NCBI GenBank assembly: GCA_963766715.1
Contig: CAVYBH010000008.1
Span: forward strand, 352,001-416,000
Source: an uncultured delta proteobacterium
GTDB lineage: Bacteria > Myxococcota > Myxococcia > Myxococcales > Anaeromyxobacteraceae
Direction of reading: 5' to 3'
Length of the DNA stretch: 64,000 nucleotides
Under the pieces are notes generated by a model that ran no database searches, was not told the DNA's origin, and worked only from the letters and a program-made list of their open reading frames with translations. Shown here in pieces: positions 36,253 through 46,245 of this stretch. The position numbers were made by a program, and so were the translations under genes. Numbering within the stretch: the stretch's first letter is position 1; each line of letters opens with the position of its first letter.

Positions 36253-37140
36253 TCAGGCGGCGACGACCAGCCCGAAGCGGACCATGGCGTCGCGGATCTT
36301 CACCAGGCTGGGCTCCGAGACCTGCCAGAGCGGGAGCCGGATCTCGGGGCCGGCCTTGCCGAGGAGCGCCACCGCCGCCTTCACCGGGCCGGGGTTGGTC
36401 TCGACGAACATGATCCGGTTCAGCTCGGCCATGGCCACCTGCCTCGAGAGCGCGAGCGCGTGGTCGCCCTTGCGGGCAGCCACCACCAGCTCCTTCATGG
36501 CGCGCGGGGCCACGTTCCCGATGACCGAGATGACGCCGTGGCCGCCGCAGGCGATGTAGGGCAGCACGGTGAAGTCGTCGCCGGACAGGTAGGCGATGGC
36601 GTCCATGCCGCAGCGCTCGACGAGCTGGACCTGCCGGTCCATGTTCGCCGTCGCCTCCTTGATGCCGGCGATGGCGCCCGCCTTCACCAGCCGCTCCACC
36701 GTCTCGGGGAGCAGGTCCACCGAGGTCCGGCTGGGGACGTTGTAGGCCACCACCGGGAAGCCCACCGAGTCCCAGATCTTCATGTAGTGCCGGTAGAGCC
36801 CCTCCTGCGTCGGCTTGTTGTAGTAGGGGGTCACCACCAGCGCGGCGTCGGCCCGGAGCTCGCGCGCCAGCTTCACGGCCTCGACGGCGTCGGCGGTGGA
36901 GTTGGAGCCGGCCCCGGCGATCACCTTCACCCGTCCGCGGGCCGCCTCCACCACGGTGCGGATGACGTCGGTCCGCTCGCGCGGCGTGAGGGTGGCTCCC
37001 TCGCCGGTGGTGCCGCACGGGACGATGCCGTCCGTGCCCTCCCGGATCTGCCATTCGACGAGCTCGCGGAGCGACGCCAGGTCCGGCTTGTCGTCCCGGA
37101 GCGGCGTCACGATGGCGACCATCGCGCCTTGCAGCATCAT
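36253..37140 (-). CDS. dapA: 4-hydroxy-tetrahydrodipicolinate synthase
   Basis: GTTGE, TPYYNKP, YNVPSRT, IKEA, LSGDD, ETNPGPVK. Confidence 0.97.
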   Translation of the reverse strand: MMLQGAMVAIVTPLRDDKPDLASLRELVEWQIREGTDGIVPCGTTGEGATLTPRERTDVIRTVVEAARGRVKVIAGAGSNSTADAVEAVKLARELRADAALVVTPYYNKPTQEGLYRHYMKIWDSVGFPVVAYNVPSRTSVDLLPETVERLVKAGAIAGIKEATANMDRQVQLVERCGMDAIAYLSGDDFTVLPYIACGGHGVISVIGNVAPRAMKELVVAARKGDHALALSRQVAMAELNRIMFVETNPGPVKAAVALLGKAGPEIRLPLWQVSEPSLVKIRDAMVRFGLVVAA

Positions 37141-37171
37141 GTTCTTCCTCCGCGGATGTGGGGGAACGACT

Positions 37172-38456
37172 CTAGCCGATCCGGCGGCGTGCCGGGAACC
37201 GGCGTCCCGGCGGCCGGGCCTTTTCGCCGCGGACGAGGTCGGGCCAGACCTCCCGCTTCCGGACGAGGCGGGCCAGGTCGCCCTCGACGAGGACCTCCGC
37301 GGCGCGCGGACGGGCGTTGTAGTTGGACGACATGGAGAAGCCGTAGGCGCCGGCCGAGCGGACGCAGAGCAGGTCGCCCGCCTCGGGCACCGGCATCTTC
37401 CGCCCCTGGGCCAGGAAGTCGGACGACTCGCAGACCGGGCCGACCACGTCCACCGTGCCGGCGGGCCGGGGAGCGGCCCCGCAGGGCTCGATGTCGTGGT
37501 GGGCGCCGTACAGGCTGGGGCGGACCAGGTCGTTCATCGCGGCGTCGACCACGGCGAAGACCTTGCGGCCGCTCTTCTTCACGTGGAGGACGCGGGTGAG
37601 CAGGACGCCGGCGTTGCCCACCAGCACCCGCCCCGGCTCGAGCAGCACCTCTCCCCGGAAGCCGCGCATGGCCTTCTTCACCGCGGCGCCGTACTCGTCG
37701 GGATGGGGCGGCTCCTCGTCGCGGTACTGGATCCCCAGCCCGCCGCCGATGTCGAGGTGCGCGAGCGCGATCCCCGACCGGCCCAGGTCGCGGGCCAGCG
37801 CCCGGACGCGCGCGATGGCGTCCAGGAACGGCTCCACCGAGGTGATCTGGGAGCCGATGTGGCAGGCGATCCCCCGGATGTCGATGGCCGGGTCCTGGGC
37901 CGCCGCGTGGTAGAGCCGCCCGGCGTCCTCCACCGAGACGCCGAACTTGGACTTCTTCAGGCCGGTGGCGATGTACGGGTGGGTCCTGGGGATCGACGTC
38001 GGGATTCACCCGAAGTGCAACGGGGGCGGCCACGCCCAGCCGGCGCGCCACCACCGACACCCGGGCCAGCTCCGAGCCGCTCTCCACGTTGAGGCACTTC
38101 ACCCGCTGGGACAGGGCGAAGGCGATCTCCTCGTCGGTCTTGCCGACGCCGCTGAAGACGACCTTGCGGGGGTCGCCGCCGGCCTTCAGCACCCGGTAGA
38201 GCTCCCCGCCGGAGACGATGTCGAAGCCGGCCCCCAGGCGCGCGAAGAGGTCGAGGATGGCCAGGTTGCCGTTCGCCTTGGCGGCGTAGCAGACCAGGTG
38301 CCGGATCCCGGAGAGCGAGCGGTCGAGGACCTTCCAGTGCCGGCGCAGCGTGGCCGTCGAGTAGACGTAGAGCGGCGTGCCGTAGGCCCGCGCCAGGTCC
38401 TCCAGCCGGATCTTCTCGGCGCGAAGCTCGCCGTCCTTGCGTTCGAAGTGGTTCAT
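37172..38456 (-). CDS. lysA: Diaminopimelate decarboxylase (frameshift near 37990)
   Basis: [47 protein letters not shown]. Confidence 0.95.
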
Positions 38457-38572
38457 TTCGCGACCTGGCTCTCCGGGGTCTCGGCGGCGGGCTTCGCCGT
38501 GGGGCGTGGGGGTCCCTTCACGCCGCAGGCGGCCAGCGCGAGGAGGAGGACGAGCGGCGCGAGCGCCCTCAC
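38453..38572 (-). CDS. lptM: Small lipoprotein, LptM/LppL-like
   Basis: 39 aa: [24 protein letters not shown]...; lipobox followed by CGxKG; sits between argH and lysA. Confidence 0.75.
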   Translation of the reverse strand: MRALAPLVLLLALAACGVKGPPRPTAKPAAETPESQVAK

Positions 38573-39991
38573 CGCGCCCCCTTCAGTTCCTTCTCCCAGC
38601 GGGCGAGCTCGGCCGCCACGCGGCGCGGGGCGGGACCGCCCGGGATGTCGCGCCGGGCCAGGCTCCGCTCCGGGTCGAAGCACCGCGACACGCCGCGGTC
38701 GAACGCCGGGTGGAAGGTGCGCCACTCGGCGAGCGAGAGCGCGGAGAGCTTCCGCTCGCTCGCGGGTCGCGAAGGCGGCCGCCTTGCCCACCGCCTCGTG
38801 CGCCTCCCGGAACGGCACGCCCCGGTCGACGAGGTACTCGGCCGCGTCGGTGGCCAGGCTCTCGCCGCCCTCGAGCGCCGCGCGCATCCGCTCGGGCTGG
38901 AAGCGCGCCGTCTCCACCGCGCCGGCCAGCGCCTCGAGCGTCTCCCCCAGCATCCGCGGCGCGCCGAGGAGCGGCCGCTTGTCCTCCTGGAGGTCGCGGT
39001 TGTAGGCGAGCGGCAGGTTCTTCACGACGGCCAGCAGGCCGACCAGGTCGCCGATGGCGGTCCCGGCCCTGCCCCGCGCCAGCTCGGCCACGTCCGAGTT
39101 CTTCTTCTGGGGCATGAGCGAGCTCCCGGTCGCGAAGGCGTCGTCGAGCTCCATGAAGCCGAACTCGCGGGTGGTCCAGAGGACGATCTCCTCTCCCAGC
39201 CGCGACAGGTGGACGGACGGCGAGCGCGCAGGCGAAGACCAGCTCGATGGCGCTGTCCCGATCCGAGACCGCGTCGAGCGAGTTCCGGGTGACGCCGTCG
39301 AGCCCGAGCTCCCGGGCCGTCCGCTCCCGGTCGATGGGCAAGCGTCGTCCCGGCCAGCGCCCCCGAGCCGAGCGGCGAGATGGCGGCGCGCGCCCGGACC
39401 TCGACGAGCCGCTGCCGGTCGCGTCCCAGCATCTCGACGTAGGCGAGCAGGTGGTGGGCCAGCGTCACCGGCTGGGCTCTCTGCAGATGGGTGTAGCCGG
39501 GGAGCAGCGTGCCCTGGTGGCGCCGCGCCTGGCCCAGCGAGCGCCCGCATCAGGCCGGCGAGCGCGCCGCGGAGCCGGTCGCAGGACTCGACGATGAAGA
39601 GCCGCTCGTCGAGGGCCACCTGGTCGTTGCGGCTGCGCCCGGCGTGCAGGTAGCCGGCGGCTCGCCCCACGATCTCGCCCAGGCGCCGCTCGGCGTGCGT
39701 GTGCACGTCCTCGAGCCGGTCGTCGAAGCGGATGCGGCCGGCCGCGAACTCGCGCCGGACCTGGTCGAGCCCCTTCTTGACCTTGCGCGCCACCGCGGCC
39801 GGCACGATGCCCCGGGCGGCGAGCATGGCCACGTGGGCCTGGCTTCCGCGGATGTCCTGCTCGTGGAGCGCGGCGTCGTCCTGGATGGACACGGACATCC
39901 TCACCAGGCGGGGATCGGCCTCCCCCGCCAGGGCGGCGCGCGACACGGGCTTGGGTCTCCGGCCTGCGGATCCCTTCGGCTTTTTCCTCAT
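38569..39991 (-). CDS. argH: Argininosuccinate lyase (several frameshifts)
   Basis: [54 protein letters not shown]. Confidence 0.95.
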
Positions 39992-40119
39992 CGCCCGCGG
40001 AGGCTACCACAATGTCCGGCGCCCGCCTCGGCGCCGCGAACCCCCACCCTTCCGCTTGGCTCCGACGGACTCGTCCGGCCACGATGAGGGCCGGAATTCC
40101 CCACGAGCGGAGGTCGCAC

Positions 40120-40548
40120 ATGGCAGGCGAACAGGAGATCGTCGTCACCTTTCCCGGCGGCAAGCGGGTGGACGCGCAGGTCGGTGGCCACGTCGTCCGG
40201 ACCGACCAGCCGATCCAGGGAGGCGGCGGCGACCAGTACCCCACGCCCTTCGCGCTCTTCGCTGCGTCGATGGGAACCTGCGCCGGGATCTTCGTGGTCG
40301 GCTTCTGCCAGAAGCGCGACTTGCCGCTCGACGGGATCCGGATCGTCGAGCGCCTGCGCTACGCGGACGACGGCGCGCTCGCCGGGGTGGACCTCGACAT
40401 CGAGGTGCCGGCCGCGTTCCCCGAGAAGTACCGGGACGCGCTGGTCCGGGTCGCGGACCAGTGCTCGGTGAAGCGGGCCATCCAGGCCCAGCCCGCCTTC
40501 CAGGTGCGGACCGTCGTCACGGGCCGCCGGCAGGCGGTCCCGACCTAG
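40120..40548 (+). CDS. OsmC-family protein
   Basis: TDQP...PTPFALFAASMGTCAG...QCSVKR (two conserved Cys); GGAGG RBS. Confidence 0.88.
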   Translation: MAGEQEIVVTFPGGKRVDAQVGGHVVRTDQPIQGGGGDQYPTPFALFAASMGTCAGIFVVGFCQKRDLPLDGIRIVERLRYADDGALAGVDLDIEVPAAFPEKYRDALVRVADQCSVKRAIQAQPAFQVRTVVTGRRQAVPT

Positions 40549-42463
40549 AAGACGATTCCCGAGCCCGGCGTGGATGTTCTGGGCCACGCCGCTCGGGGTG
40601 GTGGTGGCCGAGATGCCGCTCACGGTGGTCGTCATGTTGAACCCGGAGAGCAGCTTCAGGAGGCCGTAGTCGAGGAAGAAGACGAACCCGTCGTCGGACT
40701 GGTACTTCACGCCCAGATCGAGCTCCACGCCGAGCGGCGTGCTCGTCCCCGACGGCGTGGAGGTCGCGGTGATCGCCTGCGAGTAGACGACCTGCGCGCC
40801 GACGTTGAGGCCGTCGAGGATGTCCCAGCGGAAGGTGGGCTTGAGGTACCAGGCGTCGGTGACCGTCCCGATCAGCCGCCGCCAGAGGATCAGGTCGACC
40901 TGGTAGGCGGGGTTGAACCGGTAGTTGTTGATGCTGGGGCTCGAGTCCTGGGCGGCGATGGCGCTGTACTGCTGCCCGTCGAACGAGCCCGGGAGCGCCA
41001 TCTGGTTGCAGCGCAGGGGGTCGGTCGCGGCCAGCGAGAGGTTGCAGCGGCCGGGGAAGTTGCCGAAGCCCGGTGCCGAGTCGCCGCTGGCGATGCCGAA
41101 CTCGCCGCCCACCGCGAACCGCCCGCCCTCGCCCAGCTTGGCCTTGCCGCGGAGGACGCCGGCGCCCTGGCGGATGCTCGCCGACACCGCGGTCGCGGTC
41201 GGGTCCCAGTTCACGTTGCCGATGCTGCCCCAGATCCCGACGCCCTCGGCCTCGAGCTCGAAGTTCTTGTGCACCCAGCGGAAGAAGAGGTCGAGCGGTG
41301 CCGGCGCTGGCGTCGCGCTTGATGAGCGTGAAGTCGGTGCCCAGGCCGACCGGGACGATGCCCGCCGGCGAGGTCTGCAGCGAGAGCATGGGCAGGCCGA
41401 ACCGCTCCGACTTGTAGTTGAAGAGCAGGCCGTAGCTGATGCTCGAGGCGCCCTTCTCCAGCTTGCGGCGCTGCTGGTCCGGCGTGTCCTGGCGCGCCAC
41501 CATCAGGCCGATGGCGCCGACGTCGTCGTCCTGGGTCCAGTTGACGGGCTGGCCGATGCCCACGGTGTTGAAGGTGCCGGCGTAGGTCACGCCGGAGCCG
41601 GCCCACTCGTAGTACGGCGTGACGGCCAGGCCGCCGAGGAACTGGCCGAGCGGGATCGAGAACTGGATGCGGTCGACGTTGTCGCCGAAGTCCTGATCGA
41701 TGCCGTCGCCGTTGTTGTAGTAGATGCCCACGCCCCAGTTGGCGGGCATGCGGCCGAAGCTGAGCAGGCCCACGGGCGTCTGGACCTCGCCCCAGGCCCG
41801 CTTCACCGCGATGGCGCTCGAGAACCAGTTCACGCCCGCCATGGGGGACGTCTGGCTGTTCGAGAAGAACGGGAACTGGTTGTAGTCGCGCCCCGTCGGC
41901 GACGAGCCGAGGATCACGTTGTCGAGGAAGTCGATCTCGGCCCGGATGCGGACCTGCTCGGAGATGTTGAAGGTGGGGTCGACGCGCAGGCGCATGTTGC
42001 CGCTCGTCTGGGTCCCGTTCGGCGGCGAGCTGCTGATGTCGGTGTTGCCGTTCCACAGGTACCAGCCCATGGGGTCGGCGGGCAGGTCGGCGTTCAGGTT
42101 GTTGAAGAGGTCCCAGCGGAAGCGGAAGTAGCCGTTCAGCTCGAGGAAGTTGAGCTTCTTCTTCTCCCCCTGCTCGCCCAGGAACTCGGCGGCCGACTGC
42201 GCGCCCTGGATCTCGGCGCGGACCTCGTCGCGAAGCTGCTCCTTGACCTTCGCGACCTCCTTCTGGACCGCCTCCTGGATCCGCGCGTCCATCTCGGCCT
42301 GCGAGATCGACCCGGCCGGCGGCGTCGAGAGCGTCCCGGCCGGCGACGTCGAGAGCGTCCCCGTCGTGGGCGACGGCAGCGGGGCGGCGGAGGGAGTCGT
42401 CTGGGCGTTCGCGGTCCCGAAAAGGAGCGACGAGGCGAGGGCGATGCGGAGGAGGTGCGTCAT
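40545..42463 (-). CDS. Outer-membrane beta-barrel protein, TIGR04551-like (frameshifts near 41305 and 40560)
   Basis: Signal peptide; LNGYFRFR, NMRLRVDPTFNISEQVRI, DNVILGS, VKRAWGEVQTPVG, FGRMPANWG. Rebuilt C-terminus AGLGIVF ends in Phe. Confidence 0.75.
42311..42362. repeat. 24-bp tandem repeat encoding GTLSTSPA/GTLSTPPA
   Basis: cccggccggcg(g/a)cgtcgagagcgt occurs twice. Confidence 0.6.
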
Positions 42464-42497
42464 GGGGGTCTCACTAACCACGCGTTTCCAGGCTCGG

Positions 42498-42905
42498 TCA
42501 AGCGTTCCGGGGGCCCTGGCGGAGCTCGACCAGCACGCCCCGGCTTCCCTTGGGATGGACGAAGGCGACGCGGGCTCCGCCGGCGCCCGGGCGCGGCTTC
42601 TCGTCGAGCAGGGGAGCCCCCTGCGCCTTCAGCGCCGCCATCGCCTTCTCGATGTCCGGGACCTCCAGGCACACGTGGTGGAGCCCCTCGCCGCGCTTCT
42701 CGATGGTCTTCGCCATCGGGCTGTCCGGGCCGCTCGGGGAGACCAGCTCGATCCGGCCGGCGCCGTGGCCGAAGATGGCGACCCGCACCTTCTCCGAGGG
42801 CACCTCCTCGACCTCGGCCAGCTCCAGGCCGTAGACGTCGCGGTAGAGGCGGATGGCGGCGTCGAGGTCGGACACCAGGATGGCGACGTGGTCGAGACCC
42901 TTCAT
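42498..42905 (-). CDS. mce: Methylmalonyl-CoA epimerase
   Basis: LDHVAI, EKVRVA, IELVSP, GEGLHHVCLEV, FVHPK...GVLVEL. Confidence 0.9.
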   Translation of the reverse strand: MKGLDHVAILVSDLDAAIRLYRDVYGLELAEVEEVPSEKVRVAIFGHGAGRIELVSPSGPDSPMAKTIEKRGEGLHHVCLEVPDIEKAMAALKAQGAPLLDEKPRPGAGGARVAFVHPKGSRGVLVELRQGPRNA

Positions 42906-42986
42906 GGACTTCCTCCGGATGGCGGTGGGCCCCGGATCAAAGGGCCTCGGGTGCCATCCGTCAACCACGACCTGCGCGGCGGGGTC

Positions 42987-44489
42987 CTAGGGGCGCTTCG
43001 GGTCGGCCCGGGTGACCTTCAGCGCGCCCACCAGCGCGATGGCGTCCTGGCGCGTCCCCCGGCCCAGCGCGATGTGGGTGGCGTCGGCCACCTCCTGGCC
43101 GAAGGTGGGGTCGACCGCGATCCACTCGTCCCCCACCTTCACCTCGGGCCAGGCGTGCCAGTAGAGGCCCGGGCCGCCCTGGCCGTAGTTGGCGTAGACG
43201 AGCCCCTTCACCTCCCGGGCCCGGATGCCGGAGGCCCGCGCGAGCGCCACGAAGAGGCGCGTGTGCTCGGTGCAGTCCCCCTTGCCCTGCCGCAGGATCT
43301 CGCTGGCCCGGTCGCGGCTCTGCCCGTAGACCTTCTCCATGCGGGAGTAGACCTCGTGGACGAGCTTCCGCGTCGCCGCCCAGGTGCCGGGGACGTTCCC
43401 CACCGTGGCCGCGGCCAGCGCGCGGATCTCCGGGTGGTCCCAGTCGATCTCGATGGTGGTGGCCTGGTCCTCGTCGCCCCGCTCGGCCGGCTTGCCCCGG
43501 GGGACGTCTCGCCCCGGCGCCTGGGCCGCCGGTTCCCGCGCGGTGACGGTGAGGACGGTCTCCCCCTCGGCGCCCGGCCTGGCGCGCTGCCGCGGGTCGT
43601 CGAGGTCGAAGCCCCTGGGCACGCCGCGCAGCCCGTAGGTGATGGTCATCGGGACCTGGCGCGGCAGGGGCCCGGGCAGGGCCACCCGGAGCGTGCTGAA
43701 GAGGTCGACGATGTCGAGGCGCCGGGCCAGCTCGGCCGGCTCCACCTTGATGACCATGCCGTCGCCGACCCGGGTCTCGAGGATCCGCAGGTCGTCGGAG
43801 ACGAGCACCCGCGGCGCGACCCGGTCGCCGTCCTCCAGCTCCTCGACGATCGAGACCGGGACCTCGACGCCAGCCCCCCCGATCGTGGTGCGCCCCACGT
43901 ACCGGTTGGTCATGCGCTTCACGCGAAGGTCGTCCGACTGGAGCTGCGGCCCGGTCACCGGCTTGCAGGTCAGCGCCGCGAGCCGGGAGGCCTCGAGCTG
44001 CTCGACCGTCTCGCCGGGGTTCGGGATCTCGCTCGTCTTCTTGCCGTCGGCGGCGGAGACCTCGGCCTTGCAGGTCTTCGGCCCGCAGGTCACGAGCAGG
44101 CTGCGGTCGCCGCCGTCGCCCCGGAACCCGGCCCGCAACGACAGGAGCCGCCCGCCGCGCCCGGACTCGTAGACCCGCTCCTCGTTCGCCTCGCGCCTGA
44201 CCTGGCGCGTCCCGACCATCACCTCGACGAGCATCTCCTGGCGGGCCACCCGCACGCTCTTGCCGCCGCGCTGCTCCGCCACGGTGGAGGTGCGGAGCCA
44301 GCCGACCTTCTTGTCGCCCACGTAGAGCCCGTACCACTCCGGCTCCTTCTGGAGCGGCAGGTCGAGCACGGTCGCCGAGGGGCGGCAGTGCGCGTTCGCC
44401 GGGGGGGCGTCCTTGGCCGGGGGAGCCCCCTCCGCCGGAGCGGAGAAGGCCAGCAGGGCCGACACGAGGGTCCAGGCAGTGGCTCTCAT
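42987..44489 (-). CDS. Secreted transglutaminase-like domain protein
   Basis: Signal peptide; GDCTEH, YWHAWPEV and WIAVDPT give a Cys-His-Asp triad. Confidence 0.85.
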   Translation of the reverse strand: MRATAWTLVSALLAFSAPAEGAPPAKDAPPANAHCRPSATVLDLPLQKEPEWYGLYVGDKKVGWLRTSTVAEQRGGKSVRVARQEMLVEVMVGTRQVRREANEERVYESGRGGRLLSLRAGFRGDGGDRSLLVTCGPKTCKAEVSAADGKKTSEIPNPGETVEQLEASRLAALTCKPVTGPQLQSDDLRVKRMTNRYVGRTTIGGAGVEVPVSIVEELEDGDRVAPRVLVSDDLRILETRVGDGMVIKVEPAELARRLDIVDLFSTLRVALPGPLPRQVPMTITYGLRGVPRGFDLDDPRQRARPGAEGETVLTVTAREPAAQAPGRDVPRGKPAERGDEDQATTIEIDWDHPEIRALAAATVGNVPGTWAATRKLVHEVYSRMEKVYGQSRDRASEILRQGKGDCTEHTRLFVALARASGIRAREVKGLVYANYGQGGPGLYWHAWPEVKVGDEWIAVDPTFGQEVADATHIALGRGTRQDAIALVGALKVTRADPKRP

Positions 44490-44551
44490 GGTCGAGCGAA
44501 CTTCTAGCAGAAACTGGCAATTCCCTCCGGGCGGGTCTTTGATCCTCGCCG

Positions 44552-45158
44552 ATGAGCGTCATCTGGGTGCTGCTCCTCGTCGCCTCGGTCGCGGTGGCGG
44601 CCGCCACCGGTCACATGGGGGCGTTGCCCGGGGCCATCGCCGAGTCGGCGGGGCGCGCCGTCACCCTCTCCATCGGCCTGGCCGGCGTGCTCGCGCTCTG
44701 GCTCGGCCTCATGAAGGTGGCGGAGGAGGCCGGCCTGGTCCGCGCGCTCGGCCGCCTGGCCCGCCCGGTGCTCCGCCGCCTCTTCCCCTCCGTCCCGTCC
44801 GACTCGCCCGCCATGGGGGCGATGACGATGAACATCGCCGCCAACATGCTCGGCCTGGGCAACGCGGCCACGCCCTTCGGGATCAAGGCCATGGAGGAGC
44901 TGGAGCGCGACGAATCCCACGCCGGGCACGGCCACCGACGCCCAGGCGCTCTTCTGCGCGCTCAACACCGCCAGCATCCAGCTCATCCCGGCGAGCGTCA
45001 TCGCGCTGCGCGCCGCCGCCGGGGCGCGGCAGCCCGCCGACATCCTGGGAGCGACCCTCGTCGCCTCGACCTGCGCCACCGTCGCGGCCGTGGCCTCGGC
45101 CTGGGCGCTTCGCCGCCTCTTCCCCGCCCCGCCTCCCTCCGGGCCTCCCCGATGCTGA
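44552..45158 (+). CDS. spmA: SpmA-like nucleoside-recognition (Gate) membrane protein (frameshift near 44915)
   Basis: LWLGLMKVAEEAG, LFPSVP, NIAANMLGLGNAATPFGIKAM. Confidence 0.88.
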
Positions 45159-45693
45159 GGAGCGCGCTCGAGGCCCTCTCGACCTGGGCCATCCCGCTGG
45201 TCGTGGCCGGGGTCCCGCTCTACGCCCTCACACGGAAGGTGAAGGTGTACCCGGTCTTCGTGGAGGGGGCGAAGGAGGGGTTCCAGGTCGCGGTGCGCGT
45301 CATCCCCCCGCTCGTGGCGGTGGTGGTGGCGCTGGGGATGCTGCGCGCCTCCGGGGCCATGGACGCGCTGGCCAGCCGCGCTCGCGCCGCTCACCTCGCG
45401 CCTCGGCATCCCGGCCCCCGTCCTCCCGATGGTGCTCGTGCGCCCCCTCTCGGGCGGCGCCGCCCTCGGGGTGGTGGCCGACGTCTTGCGGTCCGACGGT
45501 CCCGACTCGTACGCGGGACGCCTCGCCTCGGTCATGGCCGGGATCGACCGAGACCACCTTCTACGTGCTGGCGGTCTACTTCGGGGCGGCGGGCGTGACC
45601 CGCTACCGCCAGGCCCTGCCCGCCGCGCTGCTCGCCGACGTGGCCGGGTTCGCCGCCTCGGTGGTGACCGTGCGGTTCCTCTTCGGGCCCTAG
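45152..45693 (+). CDS. spmB: SpmB-like Gate membrane protein (frameshifts)
   Basis: KVKVYPVFVEGAKEG, MLRASGA, RPLSGG, STETTFYVLAVYFG. Confidence 0.88.
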
Positions 45694-46175
45694 CTAGCCT
45701 CGATTCCCACCTCGACCACGGTGGGCTCGAGCACCCGCACGAGCTCCCGGGGATCGATCCCCACCAGGAACCCGCGCGACCCGCCGTTCACGTAGATGCG
45801 CGGCAGCTCGAGCACCGTCTTCTCCACGCAGACCGGCATCCGCTTGCGGGTCCCGAAGGGGCTCGTCCCTCCGACCTGGTATCCGCTGTGGCGGTTGGCC
45901 ACCTCCGGCTTGCAAATCTGGACCGACCGGCGCCCCAGCTGCCGCGCCAGCGACTTCGTCGACACCTCCCGGTCGCCGTGCATGAGCACGACCACCGGCT
46001 CGCCCTGGTCGTCCTCCATCACCAGCGTCTTCACCACGGCGTGCTCGTCCACGCCCAGCTCGCGCGAGGAGACCGCGGTGCCGCCCTTCTCCTCGTACCG
46101 GTAGAGGTGCTCGGTGTACGCCACGCCCTTCTCCCGGAGCAGGCGCGTGGCCGCGGTCGACGGTGCCTTACCCAT
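45690..46175 (-). CDS. ybaK: Cys-tRNA(Pro) deacylase YbaK/EbsC
   Basis: VVKTLV, SGYQVGGTSPFG, NGGSRG. Confidence 0.92.
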   Translation of the reverse strand: MGKAPSTAATRLLREKGVAYTEHLYRYEEKGGTAVSSRELGVDEHAVVKTLVMEDDQGEPVVVLMHGDREVSTKSLARQLGRRSVQICKPEVANRHSGYQVGGTSPFGTRKRMPVCVEKTVLELPRIYVNGGSRGFLVGIDPRELVRVLEPTVVEVGIEAS

Positions 46176-46245
46176 GTGGCGAGCCTAGCGCAGGTCGGCC
46201 CCGGGATAGCATGCGCGCGGGGCACGGCGCCCCGGGAGGTCCACC

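Noticed and set aside
44552..45693. spmAB as evidence of endospore formation
   Set aside because: These Gate-domain membrane proteins are widespread in non-endospore-formers, and no other sporulation genes are present.
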